64,000 bases of DNA from Candidatus Micrarchaeota archaeon (GTDB taxonomy: Archaea > Micrarchaeota > Micrarchaeia > Anstonellales > Bilamarchaeaceae): positions 24,908 through 88,907 of the forward strand of contig JBFMCO010000022.1 in assembly GCA_040754495.1 (NCBI GenBank), read 5' to 3'. A program made the position numbers and the translations under genes. Below are positions 18,609 through 28,100 of this stretch, piece by piece (within the stretch, counting starts at the first letter, position 1; the number at the start of each line of letters is the position of its first letter). The notes beneath the pieces are model-generated. The model did not search any database, was not told where the DNA came from, and saw only the letters and a list, made by a program, of their open reading frames with translations.

Positions 18609-19532
18609 ATGATGCTCGCAGGACCCAGGGCCAGGCTTGCGCAGAGGGCTGCAAGGTTCTCTTCGTACGCGGTGCTTGCCGGCAGCCTGATGGGCGGATG
18701 CCATGACAAAGGCGGTGCCGCCCCTGCCGAAGACGGGGGCGCCGAACTTCCGTTCTACCGGCTTCCGAGGGAGAGGGACGCGTCAGCGCCGGATTCCGCA
18801 GGGGCAATGCCGCCGGCGGCTGCTCCGCCTGGCACGCAGAGCGCCATACGAGGCCCCCCGCCGCAACGCTCAAGCCTCGGCTGCCAGGACGGGATGGCGA
18901 ATGCGGGCAGGTACTGCATAGACGCTTACGAAGTCCACCTCGTGGACGGAACGGGCTCGCCCCGTCCCTATTACACGCGCCCGCCGGAGGACATGCGGGG
19001 GCTTAGGGCGGCGACTGCTCCGGGCGTGTTCCCGCAGGGCTACCTGAACCAGCTCCAGGCGCGCACGGCGTGCCGGAATGCGGGCAAGAGGCTCTGCACG
19101 CTCGAGGAGTGGCAGGGCGCGTGCAGGGGAAGCGGAGGCATGAGGTATCCATATGGCATGTCGTTCGAGGAAGGGAGATGCAATACGCTGAAGTCGCCGC
19201 ACATACTCGACAAAATCTTCCCGGACATACCGCACCTCCGGCGCATGGGCAGGGAGTTCAACGACCCGAGGCTCCTGCAGGAGCCGGGCTACCTGGCGAG
19301 GGGCGGCGAATACAGCGGCTGCGCCACGGAGAGCGGGATTCACGACATGGCCGGAAACCTCTCGGAATGGGTGGATGATTCCGTGGAGCGGGACGGCATG
19401 CTGTATGGGACTTTCGCGGGCGGACCTTTCAGCGGGCCGGTGAAAGGCGGGTGCGGGCACTGGACGAGCGTGCATGCGGCGAAATACTCGGATTACTCGA
19501 TAGGGACAAGGTGCTGCGCGGACGGGCGGTAG
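18609..19532 (+). CDS. FGE-sulfatase (SUMF1-like) domain lipoprotein
   Basis: Motifs CIDAYE, GKRLCTLEEWQGAC, GIHDMAGNLSEWV and GTRCC; N-terminal LAGSLMGG-C lipobox-like signal followed by a Pro/Ala linker. Confidence 0.85.
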   Translation: MMLAGPRARLAQRAARFSSYAVLAGSLMGGCHDKGGAAPAEDGGAELPFYRLPRERDASAPDSAGAMPPAAAPPGTQSAIRGPPPQRSSLGCQDGMANAGRYCIDAYEVHLVDGTGSPRPYYTRPPEDMRGLRAATAPGVFPQGYLNQLQARTACRNAGKRLCTLEEWQGACRGSGGMRYPYGMSFEEGRCNTLKSPHILDKIFPDIPHLRRMGREFNDPRLLQEPGYLARGGEYSGCATESGIHDMAGNLSEWVDDSVERDGMLYGTFAGGPFSGPVKGGCGHWTSVHAAKYSDYSIGTRCCADGR

Positions 19533-19547
19533 CGGTTTCCTGCCTTA

Positions 19548-20162
19548 TTATTTCGGGACGAACGAGACGCGCCTCCCTTCGACCGCATAAGCGCCTTTCG
19601 AGAAAGAGTCCACGACTTTCGCATACGCCTTGTGCTCGTGCGCGAGTATTTTCGCGGCGACCTCCTCCGCGCTAATGCAATCCGCGATATCCACGGCCTC
19701 CTGGTAGATTATGGGGCCGGCGTCCAGGCTCTCGTCCACGAAATGGATGGTGAGCCCTGACACCTTCGCGCCGTAGTCGAAAGCCTGCTTCTGCGCGTCC
19801 GAGCCCGGGAAGGACGGGAGGAGGGCCGGGTGGATGTTGATTATCCTGTTCCGGTACGCATCGAGAAGCGCCTTTCCCTTGAGGAGCAGCATGTAGCCGG
19901 CCAGCACGACGAGCTCCGCCCCGTATCGTTCAAGCAGCTCGAGGATGCGCATATCGAGCTCGCCGCGGCTCCCGAACGACTTCCGCTCCACCAGCTCGAC
20001 AGGGATGCCGTTCTCCTTTGCGATTGAGACGGCCGGCGCATCAGGGTTGTTGGTGATGAGCACCTTCACTTCTGCGTCGCAGCGGCCGGCACGGATTTCC
20101 CCGAGAATCGCGCTGAAGTTGCTTCCCCTCCCGGAGGCCAGGACCGCCACCTTGACTGCCAT
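19548..20162 (-). CDS. purN: Phosphoribosylglycinamide formyltransferase
   Basis: VAVLASGRGSNF, LAGYM, INIHPALLPSFPG and DESLDAGPII motifs. Confidence 0.95.
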   Translation of the reverse strand: MAVKVAVLASGRGSNFSAILGEIRAGRCDAEVKVLITNNPDAPAVSIAKENGIPVELVERKSFGSRGELDMRILELLERYGAELVVLAGYMLLLKGKALLDAYRNRIINIHPALLPSFPGSDAQKQAFDYGAKVSGLTIHFVDESLDAGPIIYQEAVDIADCISAEEVAAKILAHEHKAYAKVVDSFSKGAYAVEGRRVSFVPK

Positions 20163-20197
20163 GCATATATGCGGGGAGAAAATGTTTTAATTATCTT

Positions 20198-20500
20198 GTG
20201 CGAAAGGAGCGCATGGGGGAAAATTATTCCGGCAGGTTCGCGATACCGGATGTGCCGGGGACGGAGCCTATTGAGAGCATCGTGGCCAGGCTTCGGCGCG
20301 ACATCGCCTCCGATTGCTCGGGCCTCCTGCGGAGGGCGAAAACCGCCAGGGTGTCCCAGGCCGGCTCTTACCGGGCCCGCGTCTGGGAGAGCAGGATTTG
20401 CAGGATAATCGAGGCGAACGCGACGACTTTCAGCATACTGGAGCTGAGGCGGCTCAAGCGCGAATGCACCGTGCTTTCGCAGGAGCTGCGGGGATTCTGA
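20198..20500 (+). CDS. Hypothetical protein
   Basis: 100-aa ORF filling the gap between purN and the next gene. Confidence 0.4.
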   Translation: MRKERMGENYSGRFAIPDVPGTEPIESIVARLRRDIASDCSGLLRRAKTARVSQAGSYRARVWESRICRIIEANATTFSILELRRLKRECTVLSQELRGF

Positions 20501-20533
20501 GCCTTGCCCTTTGCGCAAGCCGCGTGGCCAGGC

Positions 20534-21718
20534 CTACTCTTCGGTTATCCTCAGATTAGGATTGCACATCGCCCGCTCGATGAATTGCATGTGCTCCATG
20601 CTTATCGGGGCGATGCCCGCCGCTTCCCGTATTTTCTGCCCGTCGAGCATCTCCTCGTGGCTGCGGCCGCCAAGGCTCGTGAAGATTGCGCCCGCGAGGA
20701 TGTCGGCCCACTTTCGCAGGAAATCCTCCCCCACCGCGAATGCCCCGGCGCCGAGCTGGCGCATGGAGCTGTCGAAAGACGGCAGTACCACCGTAACGTC
20801 AACTCCGTGCAGCATCATAGAGCGGAACGCTTCCGCCGGGTCGGAATAAAGCGCCTGGAGCATGTATGCCGCAATCTCCATCACGTCGCGCGGGAGCGGA
20901 ACGTTGCCGTTGGCCTCGCGCTCGAGCATATGGGCCACCTCGTGCGCGAATGCCGAGCCTATCTGCGCGTTCAGTGAGCGCATCAGGAACTCGCGGGGGC
21001 TGCCGCTTTCCGCGGCGATCGACGCGAGCCTGGATATCATCAGCCGCAGGCACGACACATCCAGCGCGAAAAGGACGCTTGCCTCCTCCGTCAGCCCTTC
21101 CGCGGCGAACGCCCTTGCGAGGGCCTCTCCGGCCGCCCCGGCCCCGGTCCTTGCAAGGGATATCCTCATGCCTTCCGGGCGGCAGTCCAGCTCTTCCGGG
21201 CCGGCCAGCCAGAAATCAAGCAGCTGCGCGAGCCTGGCGGCGTTCTGCGTGGCGTTGAGCTCGAACCACAGGAGGCCCTCCATGCCCATGTTGAACCTGG
21301 CCCGGCCCACCCTCATCCCGTCCGACTCGTCAAGGAACACGTGAACGGGCCGGCCGAAGGCCTCGAAACTGTGCAGCATGAGGCCCACGCTCTCCGGCCG
21401 GCCGAAGCGGGAGTGGAGCCCCCGGGAGAGGAACACCTCCCTTATCCCGGAGAGCACCTGGTGCCTCACGATTTCAGGGCTGTCGCCGCCGAGGGGGCGG
21501 AGGGCCTCCGAGATATCGCAGCGAAGGTTGTGATCCGTCATGCGCAGCTCCCGGATGAAGCGGCGCGAGGACGGGCCCGGGTTTCCGAACGCCTTTGCCA
21601 GCTTCAGGCCCTCCAGCACCGGCTCGTCAACTAGTCCTTTGAGCCGTCCGAACTTGAATGTCTTGCGCCGGAGCATGGGCGCGCAATATGACTTTATCTG
21701 CTCCTTGCCTACTGCCAC
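20534..21718 (-). CDS. Hypothetical protein with HExxH (zincin-like) motif
   Basis: AFAHEVAHMLE with a downstream glutamate (MEIAAY). Confidence 0.65.
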   Translation of the reverse strand: MAVGKEQIKSYCAPMLRRKTFKFGRLKGLVDEPVLEGLKLAKAFGNPGPSSRRFIRELRMTDHNLRCDISEALRPLGGDSPEIVRHQVLSGIREVFLSRGLHSRFGRPESVGLMLHSFEAFGRPVHVFLDESDGMRVGRARFNMGMEGLLWFELNATQNAARLAQLLDFWLAGPEELDCRPEGMRISLARTGAGAAGEALARAFAAEGLTEEASVLFALDVSCLRLMISRLASIAAESGSPREFLMRSLNAQIGSAFAHEVAHMLEREANGNVPLPRDVMEIAAYMLQALYSDPAEAFRSMMLHGVDVTVVLPSFDSSMRQLGAGAFAVGEDFLRKWADILAGAIFTSLGGRSHEEMLDGQKIREAAGIAPISMEHMQFIERAMCNPNLRITEE

Positions 21719-21829
21719 GTCATGATTATCCTAGGGAACGTTTTAAAAAGTGGTCTAACGTTAAATATGATGGGCAATGCTTCAAAATGATTTAATTCCT
21801 TGCCAATCCAGTACATCACGGCGGTAGTC

Positions 21830-22534
21830 ATGCTGAGCATCGTGATACCAACATACAACGAGGAGGAGCACATCGGGGGGCTCCTCGAATCACTTAAGCC
21901 TCAGCTCGCGGAAGGCGACGAGATAATAGTAGTGGACAGCCGCAGCCATGACCGCACAGCGGAGATAGCGCGGAGGCATGGCGCGAGGGTGATAGAGGAG
22001 CCCAAGAGAGGGAACGGCCTTGCGAGGACGGCCGGCGCGAGAGCCGCCCGGAACGGCATAGTGGTATTCGTTGACGCAGACTGCGTCCCCTCGGGCGGCT
22101 TCCTGGCGCGGATAAGGAGGCATTTTGCCTCGCAGGAGACCGTTGCCGTGGGCGGCCTCGACTTATATCACTCCGAATCCGGCCTGAACAGGCTCGTATA
22201 TGACACGTTTTCCAGGAGCGTGTTCTTTTCCGCCATGCTGACGCACGCGCTGACAGGCAGGTATTGGCTCGCCTCGAACAACTCCGCCTACAGGAAGGAC
22301 GTGTTCCTTTCCGCAGGCGGCTACCGCTCCGTGATATGCGAGGACACGGACCTCACGCGGAGGCTCCCTCCATCTAAGCACGTGGTGTATGACGCTCATC
22401 TCGTGCTCTCGCTCTCGGACCGCAGGTTCAAAAAAGACGGATTCCTGAGCACCATCTCGCTCTGGGGCAGGAGCAACATAGCCGCATGGACCGGCAGGGG
22501 CGCCGACAGCTCCGCCTACAAGACGTCCTATTAG
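21830..22534 (+). CDS. Glycosyltransferase family 2
   Basis: SIVIPTYNEE, VVDSRSHDRT, FVDAD and EDTDL motifs. Confidence 0.92.
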   Translation: MLSIVIPTYNEEEHIGGLLESLKPQLAEGDEIIVVDSRSHDRTAEIARRHGARVIEEPKRGNGLARTAGARAARNGIVVFVDADCVPSGGFLARIRRHFASQETVAVGGLDLYHSESGLNRLVYDTFSRSVFFSAMLTHALTGRYWLASNNSAYRKDVFLSAGGYRSVICEDTDLTRRLPPSKHVVYDAHLVLSLSDRRFKKDGFLSTISLWGRSNIAAWTGRGADSSAYKTSY

Positions 22535-23985
22535 GCGCGCTTCCATCTGACGCCGCCGGCCGCGGCCTTGTCCTCGAGCATGATGCCTGCTTCCTTCAGC
22601 CTCGCCCGGATGGCATCCGACTTCCCGTAGTCCTTTTTGGCTCTCGCCTCGTCGCGCATGCGGATTAGCGCCTCGAGCGCCGCCTCCGCGCTTCCGGCCG
22701 CCGGCGCCCCGAATTCAAGCAGGAGCGCGGAGAGCGCCGCGGCCAAATCATCGAGGCCAGCCTTCTTCTCCTCGAGGCCGAGCACCCACAGCATGCCTGA
22801 AAGCGAATCCGAGACCTTCCGGAGCTGCTCGTGGTCTACGCGGCCGCTCATGTGGGCATTCGCGATGCGGAGCAGGTTGAAGAGGGAGGCGATCGCCTCG
22901 GGCGTCCGGAGGTCGTCTTCCATGCAGGCGTGGAAGTCCGCAATCAGCGCGTCGCTCTTTTTCCTGAATTCCTCGTCCCTGTGCCCGTCGCCCTTCGTGG
23001 TGTCTATCTCGCGGATGAGGCCCAGCGAGTTGAATATCCTCTCCACGCTCTCCTCCATCGAGTCGAGAACGTCCTCGTCGTAGTCAAGCGGGCTGCGGTA
23101 GTGGGCCTGGAGGTAGAAGAGGCGGAGGGCGTTCGGGCTGCTCCGCGATAGGGCCTGCGCAAGCGTCACGAAGTTCCCGAGGGACTTGCTCATCTTCTCC
23201 CCTTCCACGGTCAGGAAGCCGAAGTGCATCCAGTGCCTGCAGAACTGCTCCCCGCTCGCAGCCTCGCTTTGCGCGATTTCGTTCTCATGGTGCGGGAATA
23301 TCAGGTCCCGCCCCCCGCCGTGGACGTCGAGCGTGCCGCCCGCGTACTTTCCCGCCATCGCAGAGCATTCTATGTGCCAGCCGGGCCTCCCCCTGCCCCA
23401 GGGGCTGTCGAACTCGATGATTTCGCCGCTCGTCTTTTTCCACAGCGCGAAATCGGCCGGGTCCTTCTTCGTTTCCTCGACCTCGAAGCGCGAGCCGGCC
23501 CGTATCTCCTCCAGGTTCTGCCCCGAGAGCGAGCCGTAACGGGGGAATGAGGAGATGTCGAAATAGACGCCGCTTTTCGTCTCGTACGCCTTCCCGCGCG
23601 CAATCAGCTTCTGCACGAGCGCGATGATGTCCGGGATGTGCCCTGTGACCTTCGGATAGACGTCGGCCGGGAGGATGGAGAGCTTGCCAAAAAGCTCGAG
23701 CGCCTCGTCGTGGTTGGCTTTCGTCAGCGCGGCCGGGTCTGCCCCGGTCTCCTTGCAGCGCCTGATTATCTTGTCGTCAACGTCGGTTATGTTCTGGATA
23801 TGGTAGATGATATGCCCACTGCGGAGGAGGTAGCGCTTCAGCACGTCGAATGAGACGTACGCCCGGGCGTGGCCTATGTGCGCGCTGTCGTAGGGGGTGA
23901 GGCCGCAGACGTACATCACGACCTTCCTGCCGCGCGGCGGGGAGAAGTCTTCCGCCCGCTTTGTGAGCGAATTGAAAAGGCGCAT
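22531..23985 (-). CDS. cysS: Cysteinyl-tRNA synthetase
   Basis: YVCGLTPYD, HIGH, GRPGWHIECSAM and KMSKS motifs; likely start ATG at 23985. Confidence 0.97.
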   Translation of the reverse strand: MRLFNSLTKRAEDFSPPRGRKVVMYVCGLTPYDSAHIGHARAYVSFDVLKRYLLRSGHIIYHIQNITDVDDKIIRRCKETGADPAALTKANHDEALELFGKLSILPADVYPKVTGHIPDIIALVQKLIARGKAYETKSGVYFDISSFPRYGSLSGQNLEEIRAGSRFEVEETKKDPADFALWKKTSGEIIEFDSPWGRGRPGWHIECSAMAGKYAGGTLDVHGGGRDLIFPHHENEIAQSEAASGEQFCRHWMHFGFLTVEGEKMSKSLGNFVTLAQALSRSSPNALRLFYLQAHYRSPLDYDEDVLDSMEESVERIFNSLGLIREIDTTKGDGHRDEEFRKKSDALIADFHACMEDDLRTPEAIASLFNLLRIANAHMSGRVDHEQLRKVSDSLSGMLWVLGLEEKKAGLDDLAAALSALLLEFGAPAAGSAEAALEALIRMRDEARAKKDYGKSDAIRARLKEAGIMLEDKAAAGGVRWKRA

Positions 23986-24087
23986 CGGAGATTTGTGCGC
24001 TCGAAAAATATTTATAAAGATACCATACGAGTATAAGCCCAAACCGCTCCGGAATCCGGAGGGGAGTCTAGCAGGGAGGTATTGATT

Positions 24088-24459
24088 ATGGCAGAAGAGA
24101 AAAAAGAGGTCAAAGCGCCTGCGATGGCGTCGACCACCGTCTCTGGGCTGAGCAATGAGAGCAAGTTGTGGGCGGCGTTGTGCTACGTCTTCCCCATCCT
24201 CATGTTCATCCTGGTCTACGTGATGGAGGACAAGAAGAAGGACAAGTTCATCTTCTTCCATGCATGGCAGAGCCTCCTGGCAGGCCTTGCGGGCTGGGCA
24301 ATCTCCATGGTGATTGCGGTCGTCACGTTCGGCATCGGCTCGCTGTGCTTCCCGGTTTACTGGCTGGTGCTGCTCTACTTCGCGTACAAGGCATACCAGG
24401 GCGAGAAGTTCCTGCTGCCGACGATTGGCCCGATGGCCGAGCAGTACGCCAGCAAGTGA
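24088..24459 (+). CDS. DUF4870-like small membrane protein
   Basis: AALCY...KFIFFHAWQSL...AYQGEKFLLPTIG pattern. Confidence 0.8.
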   Translation: MAEEKKEVKAPAMASTTVSGLSNESKLWAALCYVFPILMFILVYVMEDKKKDKFIFFHAWQSLLAGLAGWAISMVIAVVTFGIGSLCFPVYWLVLLYFAYKAYQGEKFLLPTIGPMAEQYASK

Positions 24460-24560
24460 GTTTTTTTCATTTTTCTTTCTTATTTTCCCTCTTTATCCGG
24501 GAATTCGGACACCAATAGCGGATTTTTAAAACTTATCCCCGATTTATCCGCGGTGATAAT

Positions 24561-25010
24561 TTGGGTATTGATATTGGCAAATCGCTGAAAGTGGCGACAA
24601 TTCCGATCGTGATTCTTATCGCCATCGGGGTGTTTTCGAGCATCGTCGGGGCCATCCCGGTCCTGAACATACTCTTGTGCCTCGTGGGCATACCCCTCGC
24701 GCTTGTGAGCTGGGTGGTTACCGCCTGGTCCGGGTACAAGGCGGTCAAGGAAGCGCAGATGGACCTCGTAGGCGGCGCGGTCACCGGCGGCCTCACGGCC
24801 CTCATAGCGGGCATAGTGAACGGCATCGTCAGCTTCGTGCTCAGCCTCCTCGGCATGGGCGTCGGGGTTGCTACCGGCGGTGACGTTGGCGGCGCTGCGG
24901 TTGGCGCGGGCTTCGGCCTGGTCTTCATCGTGATAGGCATCGTGGTCGGCACGATATTCGGCCTGGTGCTCGGTGCGATAGGCGCTTTCGTAGCAGGGAT
25001 GAAGAAGTAG
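24561..25010 (+). CDS. Gly-rich multi-pass membrane protein
   Basis: About four hydrophobic segments. Confidence 0.75.
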   Translation: MGIDIGKSLKVATIPIVILIAIGVFSSIVGAIPVLNILLCLVGIPLALVSWVVTAWSGYKAVKEAQMDLVGGAVTGGLTALIAGIVNGIVSFVLSLLGMGVGVATGGDVGGAAVGAGFGLVFIVIGIVVGTIFGLVLGAIGAFVAGMKK

Positions 25011-25050
25011 GTTTCTTTTTCCCTTATTTTTCCCTTTTCTCTATTCTTCA

Positions 25051-25080
25051 AGACCCTAGACCGGAAACTGGAAACCGCAA
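25051..25080. repeat. 7-nt periodic repeat array
   Basis: AGACCCT AGACCGG AAACTGG AAACCGC between convergent genes. Confidence 0.55.
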
Positions 25081-25102
25081 GTCATACCTGAGGCCCGGGA
25101 GT

Positions 25103-28100
25103 TCACAGGAAATCGGACAGCCCCATCTGCTTGACCTTGTCGTCCTCGAATATGCTCTTTATCTCCCGCTCGACAAGCACCAGCCTCTGCTTCAGGTAGG
25201 AGGGAAGGTCGTAGCGGTCGCATATGTCGCGGGATATCTCCAGGTATTTCTCGATTCCGCCCTTGTTGATTGTGAGGAGGAGGTTGCCCCCGCAGCGCGC
25301 GCACTTGCCCGCCAAGGGCACCCTGCGGAAGATGGTGTTGCACGAGACGCAGCGGAAGGTCTGCCTTGAGAAGGAGCGCAGGTTGCCGTAGAGGTCCGGG
25401 ATGAAATGGCTCAGTATCAGGCGCTCGGCTGCATCGCGCCTATCAACCGGGCGGAGGCGGCCCTGGAGCCTGAACTGTATGTCTATCTTGTCCGGTATGG
25501 ACTGCAGCTCCACGTAAGCCGTCCGTATGTTCCCGACATCAAGCGTGCCGCCCGGATGCGTGATGGGAAGCTCGTACTGCTCGTCGGTCCCCAGGACGTC
25601 CTTCACGGTCTTGAGCTTCACCTCGCCCGGCGGCGCGAAGCGCTCCGCGGCCTCGTAGAACTCGAGGGGGTAGCGCGAGACGATTTCGATGCAGTGCGCC
25701 TCGTCGTCCACCTCCTTGGGGTTTATCTCTATGGAGAGCACGAGGGGCGCGTCCATGGTGCCCCCGCGCTTCTCGTCGAGGAACCTGCGGGAGAAGTTGA
25801 TGAGGGCGTCCATCAGGAGCATCACGCAGTCCTCGTCGCCGTCGCACCGAATCGTAAAGACCTGGTTGTTCAGAAGAACATTCTTTTCTTCCAGGGATTG
25901 GCCTTCCACATCGAGGCAGTATGCCGGAACTCCGTCTGTGAATTTCTCAATCGACCTGACCTTATCGAAAATATAGTCGCTTTGAGGCACGACCGTGAAC
26001 AGCTTATTCTGGTATTTGATAAATCGCGCATCGCTCGACAGACCGTTTCTTCTCAGTTCGGACATTCGTTCTGCCTTATGCTTCACAGAGGGCGCGCAGA
26101 TATTTGCAAAGGCATATAGGTCGGTGCCATAAAGACTAATGAATCTCTGCGAAAGCAAACGCGGGGTTTTTCCGAGCTCTTTATACCTTTCAAGGACCTT
26201 TTTGCCAGGCAAACGCGGTTTGGTTTTGCCATACCTGCAGAAGATTCCAAATCGCAAAAGCAGCGTGCCGAAATCCTCCAAAAGATTTTGTGAAACGGAG
26301 TAGAAGTGCATTCTCGGGGGGGTGGCGATTACACTTCCATCTCCGTCAAAATAAGCAGAAATAAAGGATTTGACAAGACGGTCAGGCAGTGAAAAGACGA
26401 GATTTGGAACCCGTTTCGTGTAGGCATTTGAGCCGGTCTTCAAGACTTTATCAAACAGAAGGTGGATTATCCGGCTGCACATTGTTATCTGAGTGCCGTT
26501 CTCGCCAAGATAAGGGTTCGTCATAAAAACGCTTTTGATGGCGGCAATAAGCCGGTTCTGCATTATTTTATTGCAAACCCTGAAGCTGACCTGATAACAC
26601 GAAGGGCTTCTCCGTGCATACCCCTCTGAGACGAAGTAGCCGAGAATGAGCATCAGGTCCTCATCTATTGGAATTCTTACCGGCAGCCCCAGGTTATCTC
26701 TCTTCATGGCAATTTTTGCATCCATGGGCAAATCCTCAAAATTGCACACCCCCTCTTCCACAAGGATTTCGAAATGGGAGAGTGGAACGCGTCCATACCA
26801 CCTGCTCGGAGTCCGTCTCTCGATTTTGTTGAGCGGCAGGATTCTGAGCAGCAAATCGCGATGATTATAGAATATTTTCTTGAAAAAATCCTTCGAGCGA
26901 AGTATTATCGCTTCTTTTTCTTCCTTTTTTAGTGGAGATAGGGCCTTTGCAAGATTGAGCACGCGGGAGTCGTCTATCGTGTGCGGATTGAATTTTATGC
27001 AAACTGGCAGATCGGAGCCTTCAGTCATATCTTTTGCCTGAACTGCGCTAAGCGCCCCTTTGTTGAGGCAAAGAATATTATGGTCGGGAGTCACGGTAAT
27101 CTCCCGGTGGGTGGTTGTCGTAAGCTTAATCCATTTATCGGGAGCCTTTGCTCTGATGAAGCATTTGATTTTTTTACGGATTGTTTTGTGGGATTGGAGG
27201 TCTATTCCGAATGAGTAAAGAGTTCCGGGAACTTCCACTTTTTCTGTATAAGCATCAAGCCGCTTGACCCTGTCGGGGTATTTGGCAAACATTTCTTCGG
27301 TAACATCGCCCAGTGCCCTTTTGATATATTTTTTCTCGTGCTCATCAAATATGATAATCTCGGTTGCCGGATGGAAGCAGTTCCTTCTCTTCGCCGTGTG
27401 GAAATACGGGTGGCCGTAGCCGACGTTGGCCTTGTTGAAGCCCACGATGCGGCACAGGACGCCGGCGCTCGTGTGCGGCGAGAGCCCGACTGCCAGGTGG
27501 CCTATCAGGTCGTCCTTCGACTTCACGTTGTAGAAGGGCTTCATGCCGTAGAGGTTGATTAGCATGTCGTCGATGAAATCCGCCACACGCATGAAGTACG
27601 CGGCGCCGTTCTCGGAGAGGACGATGTCCTGGTGCCGCAGCGCCAGCGTCTGGGAGCCGCTCTCGAGGGGCTTGCCAAGATAATCCACGGCATAACCGAG
27701 CGCCCTGGCCCTATCGAGGCTTATGCCCACCTCGTCCGGCGTGAAATGCGTGAGCGGGATGTCTGTCGCGTCGAAGCGGGAGGTGCCGTCCCTGAAAACG
27801 TAGACGTCGTGCTTTGCGCGGAGGAAGCCCTTCTCCAGCCGCTCCGGGATGCGGATGGTGTTCGAGAGGCCCTTCACCCCCTTCACGTCTTCCGGGGAGC
27901 TCCCCACCCGGTCCTTCACGCGCTCGAAGAGCTCCATTATGTCTACGGGCCTGCGGTCGTAGGAGAGCGTCTTCATCTCGCAGTGGATTTCGTACTCGCA
28001 GATGCGGCCGCACTTCTGGCATATCCGCTCCTCGGCGGCCCTGCCGCCGCAGACGTCGCAGCGCCGGTAATAGCCGAGGCGGCGGCATTTTTCGCATCGC

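Noticed and set aside
23986-24261. N-terminal extension of CysS in the ORF track
   Set aside because: Overlaps the divergent 24088 gene and its promoter; homology starts at MRLFNSLT.
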